From contig CAZCCK010000003.1 of assembly GCA_964497265.1 (NCBI GenBank), positions 2,972 through 66,971 on the forward strand: a stretch of DNA of 64,000 nucleotides, written 5' to 3'. The stretch is from Candidatus Woesearchaeota archaeon. GTDB taxonomy: Archaea; Nanobdellota; Nanobdellia; SCGC-AAA011-G17; GW2011-AR18. Within the stretch, counting starts at the first letter, position 1. Each line of letters starts with the position of its first letter. This document shows positions 29,680 to 36,655 of the stretch, one piece after another. A model generated the notes under the pieces. That model worked only from the letters and a program-made list of their open reading frames with translations, made no database searches and had not been told where the DNA came from. Made by a program: the position numbers and the translations under genes.

Positions 29680-30827
29680 TTTGGACTGAAAAGTATAAGC
29701 CACAGAGCGTACAAGATATTCCGCAGCCAGAGATAGTTGCTGCTTTTTTAGAGGCTGTGAAAAAGAAAAAGCCGGTTTTACTTCTTGGTCCTTCAGGAGT
29801 AGGGAAGACTTCTTTGGTGTATGCGTTAGCCAAAGAACAGGATCTTGAGATTCTAGAGTTGAATGCTTCGGATTTTCGCGATAAAGCTTCTATTGAGAGT
29901 ATTGCTGGTGCTTCTTCTAAGCAAGCGAGTTTATTTCAGAAGCAAAAGATTTTGCTTATTGACGAGCTAGATGGAATTTCTGGTCAAGAAGATCGTGGTG
30001 GTATTGGTGCGATAGTAAAGGTGGTAGAGGAAACGAGGATTCCTATTGTTTTAATTGCGAATAATGGGTATGATGCAAAGTTCAATGATTTAAGAAAAAA
30101 ATGTGTGGTGTTAGAGTGTGAGCGGGTTTCGATTAAGCCTTTAGCGAGTATCTTGCAGGATATTTGTGTTAAAGAAGGGATAGAGCCAGAAAGAGAGAAA
30201 CTGTTTTCTTTGGCGGCTAAATCCAACGGGGATGTGAGGGCTTCGATTAATGATTTGCAAACGTGTATTGATGAAAAGAGGATTGATATTTCTGCTTTAG
30301 AGACGCGCGATCAAGAGGAGACTGTTTTTAATGTGTTAAAGATTATTTTCAAAACGTCAGAGGCTTCTGTTGCTTTGGGTAGTATGGATAATGTTGATTT
30401 TGATCTTGATGAGGGGTTAATGTTTTTGGATGAGAATCTTCCTTTAGAGTATAAAGAAGCGCTTGATTTGCAGAGGGCATATGAATGTTTAGCCAAAGCT
30501 GATCTTTTTCGAGGTAGAATTATAAGGCAGCAATATTGGCGTTTACTTGTTTATCAAAATTGTTTTATGACCGCTGGCGTTTCCTGCGCAAAGGAAAAAA
30601 TGTATCCAGGTTTTATTTCTTATAAAAGATCTATGCGGCCTTTAAGGATTTGGCAAGCGAATATGCGTTTGCAAAAACCTAAAGCGATGAGTGAGAAGTT
30701 TGCGTTATTTACTCATCAGTCTAAGAAGAAGTCGCTACAGAGATTTAAATCGTATAAACCAATGCTTATTTCATTACAGGAAGAGTTAGAGTTAAGTGAA
30801 GAGGAAGTTGAATATTTAAGAAAGTAA
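29676..30827 (+). CDS. rfcL: Replication factor C large subunit
   Basis: WTEKYKP, GPSGVGKT, LELNASD and LIDELD motifs; ATGA overlap with rfcS. Confidence 0.93.
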   Translation: MIWTEKYKPQSVQDIPQPEIVAAFLEAVKKKKPVLLLGPSGVGKTSLVYALAKEQDLEILELNASDFRDKASIESIAGASSKQASLFQKQKILLIDELDGISGQEDRGGIGAIVKVVEETRIPIVLIANNGYDAKFNDLRKKCVVLECERVSIKPLASILQDICVKEGIEPEREKLFSLAAKSNGDVRASINDLQTCIDEKRIDISALETRDQEETVFNVLKIIFKTSEASVALGSMDNVDFDLDEGLMFLDENLPLEYKEALDLQRAYECLAKADLFRGRIIRQQYWRLLVYQNCFMTAGVSCAKEKMYPGFISYKRSMRPLRIWQANMRLQKPKAMSEKFALFTHQSKKKSLQRFKSYKPMLISLQEELELSEEEVEYLRK

Positions 30828-30861
30828 ATCTTTATAAAGAAGGACAAGTGCGTGAAAGAAA

Positions 30862-31146
30862 ATGCTGATTAAGGATTTGCAGCCAAAGCAAGGAAAGGTA
30901 GAGATTGAAGCTGAGGTTATCGAAGTAAGTCCCCCAAGAAGTTTTAATAAATTTGGTAAAGAGGGAAAAGTTGCAAATGCTAAGATTAAAGATGCTTCAG
31001 GTACAATTACACTAACTTTATGGAATGAAGAGATCGACAAAGTAAAAGTTGGTTCTAAAATAAAAATTGTGAATGGATATGTAAGCGAGTGGCAAGGTGA
31101 AAAGCAGTTAAGCGCTGGTCGTTTTGGTCAGATTGAAGTTTTATAA
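30862..31146 (+). CDS. Single OB-fold ssDNA-binding protein (SSB/RPA-like)
   Basis: GKVANAKIKDASGTITLTLWNEE...NGYVSEWQGEKQLSAGRFG. Confidence 0.9.
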   Translation: MLIKDLQPKQGKVEIEAEVIEVSPPRSFNKFGKEGKVANAKIKDASGTITLTLWNEEIDKVKVGSKIKIVNGYVSEWQGEKQLSAGRFGQIEVL

Positions 31147-31189
31147 TAAAAAAAGATAGATTAATAAACTTTCTAGAAAAAGAACATAT

Positions 31190-31300
31190 ATGGATCCACA
31201 ATTACTACTTTTCGCGCGAATTTTAGGGATAATCTTATGGACAGCTTTAATTATTTACTTATTAGTTAAGTGGTATCGAAGAAAGAAACAAAAAAAATAA
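31190..31300 (+). CDS. 36-aa single-pass membrane microprotein (not in the ORF track)
   Basis: MDPQLLLFARILGIILWTALIIYLLVKWYRRKKQKK: hydrophobic helix plus basic tail, filling the intergenic gap. Confidence 0.6.
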   Translation: MDPQLLLFARILGIILWTALIIYLLVKWYRRKKQKK

Positions 31301-31312
31301 AATATTCTAATT

Positions 31313-32161
31313 TTAAGAAGGAGTTATTTCTTTTAAAGTAATTCTGAAGGTTAAGGATTTTCCTGCGAGTTCAGGATTAAGATTAATGTCGTAGGTAGTA
31401 TCTGTGATTGCGCTTACACTGCCCGGAAGAGTTCTTCCTTGGATTGGAAAAGAGACTTTATCTCCGATCTTAGGCTCTTGAATAAGGATTAATGATTCAT
31501 TGTCTATCTCTTTAACGCTGGATTGCCAGCTCATTCCTGGAATGGTGACAGTATCTCCTTTTTGGGCTAGGACTTCTAAAGTAACAGAAGTATCGTTAAA
31601 AGAGATGATTTTGAGTTTCCAAGGAAGATGAGGATTTTCTACGGTTTCTCCTTCTTTTGGATTTTTTAAAAAAGCGGTTTTATAATCCTTAAGGGGAATA
31701 TCCGAAGTTAAAGGAATGCGAATTTCTTTTTTTAATCCTCTTAAAAAAAGTTCTTCTTTTTCTGCCCCATATGCTTTTTCTGGAGGAAGTGTGACTGTTT
31801 TTGTTTCTCCAACTTTCATTCCTAGGATTGCTTCTTCGAATCCAGGGACAACTTGTTTCGCTCCGAGAGTAAAGGTAAAGGGTTCGTAAGTTCTCTGAGG
31901 GTTGTAAACGTTTGCTTTTTGTGCTTCTTCAGAGAGGGTGGTGTCAAAAACTTTTCCGTTGTCAAGGGTTCCTAAGTAATCTACTTTGACAGTGTCTCCC
32001 ATCTTTGCGCTAGGAGTATGAAAGTAAGTCCTGTAAAGGAGTACACCTAGAACGAGTATAAGAAGGGCTATGAGCAAAAATCGGATGTTTTTCTTTAAAG
32101 TATTTTGAAAAGAAGAGGTATGATGAGTTTCTGGTTGTGAAGGAGGATGAGTTGGTTCCAT
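31313..32161 (-). CDS. Membrane-anchored FKBP/SlyD-type peptidyl-prolyl isomerase
   Basis: N-terminal TM helix; GDTVKVDYLGTLDNGKVFDTT, VVPGFEEAILGM, PPEKAYG and NPELAGKSLTF motifs. Confidence 0.88.
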   Translation of the reverse strand: MEPTHPPSQPETHHTSSFQNTLKKNIRFLLIALLILVLGVLLYRTYFHTPSAKMGDTVKVDYLGTLDNGKVFDTTLSEEAQKANVYNPQRTYEPFTFTLGAKQVVPGFEEAILGMKVGETKTVTLPPEKAYGAEKEELFLRGLKKEIRIPLTSDIPLKDYKTAFLKNPKEGETVENPHLPWKLKIISFNDTSVTLEVLAQKGDTVTIPGMSWQSSVKEIDNESLILIQEPKIGDKVSFPIQGRTLPGSVSAITDTTYDINLNPELAGKSLTFRITLKEITPS

Positions 32162-32208
32162 TAGACTTTTCAAAAAGTTTAAATGCTTAATAAATATTTG
32201 TATACTTT

Positions 32209-33531
32209 ATGTATGAGGTGGTTATTGGTCGTTCTGAGGCGGATCGTCGTGATCTTGGATTAAGAGGGACGATTTTTTTAGGTAAGTTGTATGTGAAGAT
32301 GGGAGCTACTACTTCTTTGTCGAATAAAGTGTATTTAGATGTCGCTCGTGCGCATGTAATTTTGATTGCGGGCAAAAGAGGATCTGGAAAATCCTATTCG
32401 CTTGCAACGATCGCAGAAGAAATCGCAAATCTCGAGGATGAAATCAAAAACCGTTTAGCTGTTCTTATTATGGATACGATGGGTATTTTTTGGACGATGA
32501 AATATAAGAATGAGAAAGAAGAGGATTTGTTGCGTGAGTGGGATCTGCCCCAGAAAGGATTAGACGTAAAAATTTATACTCCAAAAGGAAAATTTGACGA
32601 GTATAAAGAGAAAGGAATTCCTACTGATTTTCCGTTTACGATTAAGCCAGCCGAGTTAAGTGCTGAGGATTGGGCTTCATTATTTGGAGTGAGTTTGTTA
32701 GATCCTGTCGGAGTGTTGATTGAGCGGAGTGTTGAAAAAGCCAGAGATGCTTTTGAGAATGATTTTGAGATTGAGGATGTGATTGAGGTTATAAAGAACG
32801 ATGAGCGTTCAACAAGTGAAGTAAAGAATGCTTTGGAAAATCGGTTTTTAGCAGCCAGGGATTGGGGCATTTTTAGTAGAGATGCTACTCCATTAAAAGA
32901 GATTATTGCTGGTGGAAAAGTTTCTGTGTTAGATATTTCTGTGTATACGGAGTGGACGATTAAAACGTTAGTGGTAGGAATTGTATGTAAAAAGCTTTTG
33001 AATGAGAGGATGACTGCGCGTAAGGTTGAGGAAGTGGAGGATATTGAGCGAGGTCACAGTTATTTTAGAACGAGTTTAGAGGAAGAGGAAAATAAGTTAC
33101 CGATCGTTTGGATTTGTGTGGATGAATTTCACGAGTTTATGTCTGTAGAGAAAAAAACGTTAGCGACAGATGCGTTGACAGCGATTTTAAGAGAAGGTCG
33201 TCAGCCAGGAATTTGTTTGGTGATGGCTACTCAGCAGCCCGGTCAGTTGCATAATGATGTTTTAACACAGACAGATTTAGTGATTTGTCATAGGATTACT
33301 GCAAGAAAAGATCTTGAAGCTTTGAATTCTATGATGCAATCGTATACGACGGGAGATATTGAGAAGTATGTGAATAATTTACCAAACAATCGTGGTGCTG
33401 CGGTTATTTTGGATGATAATTCTGAAAAGTTGTATCCTGTTCAGGTTCGTCCTCGTTTTACTTGGCATGGTGGTGAGTCTCCTACTGCGTTGAAATCAAA
33501 AGGAAAAGCTGCGGTAGAGTTAGGATTGTAA
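32209..33531 (+). CDS. HerA/FtsK-family ATPase (DUF87-like)
   Basis: GKRGSGKS Walker A, ICVDEFH Walker B, REGRQPG and ATQQP motifs. Confidence 0.88.
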   Translation: MYEVVIGRSEADRRDLGLRGTIFLGKLYVKMGATTSLSNKVYLDVARAHVILIAGKRGSGKSYSLATIAEEIANLEDEIKNRLAVLIMDTMGIFWTMKYKNEKEEDLLREWDLPQKGLDVKIYTPKGKFDEYKEKGIPTDFPFTIKPAELSAEDWASLFGVSLLDPVGVLIERSVEKARDAFENDFEIEDVIEVIKNDERSTSEVKNALENRFLAARDWGIFSRDATPLKEIIAGGKVSVLDISVYTEWTIKTLVVGIVCKKLLNERMTARKVEEVEDIERGHSYFRTSLEEEENKLPIVWICVDEFHEFMSVEKKTLATDALTAILREGRQPGICLVMATQQPGQLHNDVLTQTDLVICHRITARKDLEALNSMMQSYTTGDIEKYVNNLPNNRGAAVILDDNSEKLYPVQVRPRFTWHGGESPTALKSKGKAAVELGL

Positions 33532-34452
33532 TCTATCTGTTAAACTTAGTCTTCCTTTATCTGTGAATTCGAGGTTTCCTTCATTTGTGTGAATTTCATC
33601 TTGTTGATTTATAAGGGTTAATCTTCCTTTGTGCGTCTCCGGAGCTACCCCGACAAAACGGCCATAACTAACGAGATCAATGACGCTGAGGAGGCCGAGA
33701 ATAGTATCAAAGACACAAAGCAAACGGCCATGAGGCTGGTCAGAATCTACTAAATCGAATTGATGTCGATTAGACCATTCATCTTTCTCAAAAAGGTCTT
33801 TAGATTTTTTGAGAAGTTCATTCAGTTGTTCTTCTCCACCCGCACGAGCAATAGCTAATTTATTTTTTCTTTGTATAGAATTTTTTTGGTATGCTGAGTT
33901 TATTTTTTTTGCTTCGTCAAAATCCAAGATGATCCCATAAGTTCTTGTTTGAGGTTTAGTTTTTATAAATTCAGAATAAGGGAAAAGAGGTATTTCTGTT
34001 CCATCCAAAAGTTTTCCACTTAAAAGAGTTTTAGCTTCTTTAAAAGTAAATAAAACAGAGCTGTAATCAAAAAGAGTTTCAGAAAAAGCTTGCTCAATAC
34101 GTTCGGGGTGATTTGCAAGAAGTCCGTTTCCGTGAGATATTAAGACAACTTTATTTCCTTGAGGGGTTATTAAAACACTTTCTTCACTATTTGCAGCGTA
34201 CCATTTTTTCCAGATATTGTCTGTGAAGGGGGCAAGTGTTTTTCCTCTAATGATGTCCGGTAAGGAGGCAACGTATCCTCCAGAAGTTGCGTAAGTTTGT
34301 GCTTGTCTTAAAGAATCCGAAACATTAAAATCATAAAAGATTTTTCCGCGTATTTCTCGGTCTTGTTTTCTTCCAGTTAGTTTTCTAAGTAAAGAAGTAT
34401 CGGGAATGATGTCTATTAAAGCTGTTTCATCAGAGGTATTTTCAGGGATCAT
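33520..34452 (-). CDS. Probable DGR target (variable) protein with a C-terminal CLec-type variable region
   Basis: C-terminal GRLLCVFDTILGLLSVIDLVSYGRFVGVAPE matches the scaffold I recognise from DPANN DGR variable proteins (GRL.....GL.....L...GRFVGV); NNY codon run. Confidence 0.75.
   Translation of the reverse strand: MIPENTSDETALIDIIPDTSLLRKLTGRKQDREIRGKIFYDFNVSDSLRQAQTYATSGGYVASLPDIIRGKTLAPFTDNIWKKWYAANSEESVLITPQGNKVVLISHGNGLLANHPERIEQAFSETLFDYSSVLFTFKEAKTLLSGKLLDGTEIPLFPYSEFIKTKPQTRTYGIILDFDEAKKINSAYQKNSIQRKNKLAIARAGGEEQLNELLKKSKDLFEKDEWSNRHQFDLVDSDQPHGRLLCVFDTILGLLSVIDLVSYGRFVGVAPETHKGRLTLINQQDEIHTNEGNLEFTDKGRLSLTDRLQS
33640..33740 (-). other. Putative DGR variable repeat (VR) with an IMH-like 3' end
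   Basis: 23 consecutive codons end in a pyrimidine (33652..33720). The run is bounded by GGCCGTTTG at the 5' side and GGCCGTTTTGTCGGGGTAGC at the 3' side. GC content is locally raised. Confidence 0.7.
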
Positions 34453-34874
34453 GGTTTTCTAGTTGTTGCAATGTAATCTAACTGAGAATAGAGTTCTTTG
34501 AGTGCTTCTTGATAATCATTTGTTACAAGATGGGGAGAAGGGACTTTAGGAACTTCATAAATCGGTTTAGTGAAATCTAAAGTAGGATTATCTTTAATCC
34601 ATTCTTGTTTTTCTTTGTCCCACCCTGTAAGTGTAGCTGGATCTGAAAAAAAGTAAAGATAAGATACGCCCGTAGAGTGTGTTTTTCCAATTTCATACCA
34701 AATAGACCATTCAGTATAATCTCCTTGATCTGAAGGGAATGCACGAGGATTGACTCTTAAAGGAAGGTAGTTAGGTTGTAAAAATGATAAAAGTGGATGT
34801 GTAAACGCAGGATCTTTATTGCACTGTTCGATCTTTTGTTCAAGGTCTTGGGTTATCTTTTTGATATCTGTCAT
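34449..34874 (-). CDS. Hypothetical protein, translationally coupled to the putative DGR target
   Basis: 141 aa; ATGA overlap at 34449..34452. Confidence 0.65.
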   Translation of the reverse strand: MTDIKKITQDLEQKIEQCNKDPAFTHPLLSFLQPNYLPLRVNPRAFPSDQGDYTEWSIWYEIGKTHSTGVSYLYFFSDPATLTGWDKEKQEWIKDNPTLDFTKPIYEVPKVPSPHLVTNDYQEALKELYSQLDYIATTRKP

Positions 34875-34888
34875 GGTGAGTATAAATT

Positions 34889-34955
34889 ACGCTCAGAAGC
34901 TACTTCCATCCGTCACTTCCCGAAGGATCCGCGGGTGTTCACCTCATCATTGCGT
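34889..34955 (-). ncRNA. Box C/D dual-guide sRNA
   Basis: ACGC/GCGT terminal stem, box C ATGATGA, guide GGTGAACACCCG, D' CGGA, TCC-TTCG-GGA hairpin, C' GTGACGG, guide ATGGAAGTAGCTT, box D CTGA. It is a GC-rich island in an intergenic gap. Confidence 0.82.
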
Positions 34956-34961
34956 GGATAA

Positions 34962-35564
34962 TTATTTTTTTAAGTTTCTAAGTTTTGCTTCAAGTTCTTC
35001 TATTTCTCGAGTGATTTCTGTTTCAGTTTCAGGTTGTTTTAAAGGCTTTCCTTGATTAAGATATGCTTTGAATTTCTCTGCAGCATCTGAAGGAATTTCA
35101 TGACCTGCCCCAATAATTCTACCTGTTGAGTCTTGAGGAAAGTAAATTTGTTGTTGTCTTTTTCCTCCTTGAGGTCCGTAAGTAGAGACAACCGGAATTT
35201 GTTCATTTCCAATAGCGTAAGAATCTGCTTTGATGCCATTTACTGCTCCTTCTACTTTGTCTACAAGAACAGGTTGTATTCCCATATCAATCGGCCATTG
35301 GACATAAGGTTCATGGAATTGAATTGGTGATTGAAAGCCGTTCCAATAGCGAATGGGACTTTGAAGATCATGATTTTTAGTAACAGCCAAGTAAAGTACA
35401 GCTGCACCTAAACCTGGAATGATTAGTCTACGAGGATGAGTAAAAAATCCAACAATTCCATCTAGTCCATTGGCAATAGCTCTTCCCCATTGAAAGGGTT
35501 GAGGAGGTACTGGTGGATTAGCTCCTGGAGCTGCTGGGTTTGGTGCAGGATTAGGATTGACCAT
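34962..35564 (-). CDS. Hypothetical protein with a Pro-rich N-terminus, one TM segment and a coiled-coil C-terminus
   Basis: PNPAPNPAAPGANPPVPP; LIIPGLGAAVLYLAV; upstream BRE/TATA GAAAGGTTTAAATA. Confidence 0.65.
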   Translation of the reverse strand: MVNPNPAPNPAAPGANPPVPPQPFQWGRAIANGLDGIVGFFTHPRRLIIPGLGAAVLYLAVTKNHDLQSPIRYWNGFQSPIQFHEPYVQWPIDMGIQPVLVDKVEGAVNGIKADSYAIGNEQIPVVSTYGPQGGKRQQQIYFPQDSTGRIIGAGHEIPSDAAEKFKAYLNQGKPLKQPETETEITREIEELEAKLRNLKK

Positions 35565-35616
35565 TTTTAGCTACTATTTAGGGGTAACAGATATATTTAA
35601 ACCTTTCGTTTGGCCT

Positions 35617-36603
35617 TTATAGCCTGAAATCTACGCATATACGATAGGTTCTGGGTTTGACTTGTCCGCAAGTAAATACCCCTAAAAAGGTGACTTTCCC
35701 AAAGTAATCGACAACCTTCTTTTTAGCAACATCGAAAGAGTCTTCAGAAGCAATGGCGTAATAATGAACAACTGTGCCTTTCTTACTTAAAGACGGGATA
35801 AGAGAGAAAAATTGGTCAGCATCTTGAGGCAAAGGCATTAAAATTCTATCAAAAGTTTTGCCAAAGTGTGAAGCTACCTCTCGTGCGTCTCCACAGTAAA
35901 GAAAGACGTTAGAGGCTTTGTTTAAAAGAATGTTTTTTTCAGCGTAAGCATGTGCGTCTGGATTGATTTCAACACCATAAATTTCGCAAGCTTTACTCTG
36001 TTTAGAAAAAACAAGGGGATAGGCGCCGATACCTGAAAATAAAACCAATATTTTTTCGCCTTTTTTGATGAGTTTACTAATTCTTAATCGTTCTGTGCTT
36101 AAGCGTGGAGAAAAGTAAGTGTTGCGTATGTCTAAAAAGAATTTTACTCCACTTTCTGTGTGGATTGTTTCAAAGGTTTTTTCTCCTGCTAAATATTCAT
36201 AATCTTGAATGCGATAAATTCCTTGATGTTCTCCTTTTTTTCTTACAACGGTTTTGAACGCTTTATTTGCGGAAAGTAAAGTTTCTGCAATTAATTTCTC
36301 TTTAGATCTTAAAGTTTCGTCTATTTCTAAAATAGCGATTGTTCCAATAATATCTAAAGACCTCTTAATTTTATTTAACTCTTCTTCACTTAATTTTCCT
36401 TGTAAAGAGTGTTTTAAATTGCCTTTCCTACTCACTTTTTCAAATTCTTCTTCAATTAAAGTACCTTTAACTTCTTTTAACAAAGGAAAGTAAACAAATT
36501 TTTGATCGCTTTTAACTTTGTAATCTGTGTCTAAAGCTTTTTCAGAGAGTAATTTTTTTCTAAGTGCTTCTGCGTCTTTGTGTTTTGCCTTTATAGCCTT
36601 CAT
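35617..36603 (-). CDS. trm5: Trm5/Met-10+ family tRNA methyltransferase
   Basis: DIIGTIAI, YFSPRLSTER, LFSGIGAY, EINPDA and DRILMPLP motifs. Confidence 0.85.
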   Translation of the reverse strand: MKAIKAKHKDAEALRKKLLSEKALDTDYKVKSDQKFVYFPLLKEVKGTLIEEEFEKVSRKGNLKHSLQGKLSEEELNKIKRSLDIIGTIAILEIDETLRSKEKLIAETLLSANKAFKTVVRKKGEHQGIYRIQDYEYLAGEKTFETIHTESGVKFFLDIRNTYFSPRLSTERLRISKLIKKGEKILVLFSGIGAYPLVFSKQSKACEIYGVEINPDAHAYAEKNILLNKASNVFLYCGDAREVASHFGKTFDRILMPLPQDADQFFSLIPSLSKKGTVVHYYAIASEDSFDVAKKKVVDYFGKVTFLGVFTCGQVKPRTYRICVDFRL

Positions 36604-36655
36604 AGGAAAGGTTTAGAAGGAAAGGTTTATATAACTATTTCGTTGAATTTCACTA

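Noticed and set aside
32209..33531. HerA-like ATPase as part of a defence or conjugation system
   Set aside because: No NurA, Sir2, nuclease or T4SS partner is adjacent.
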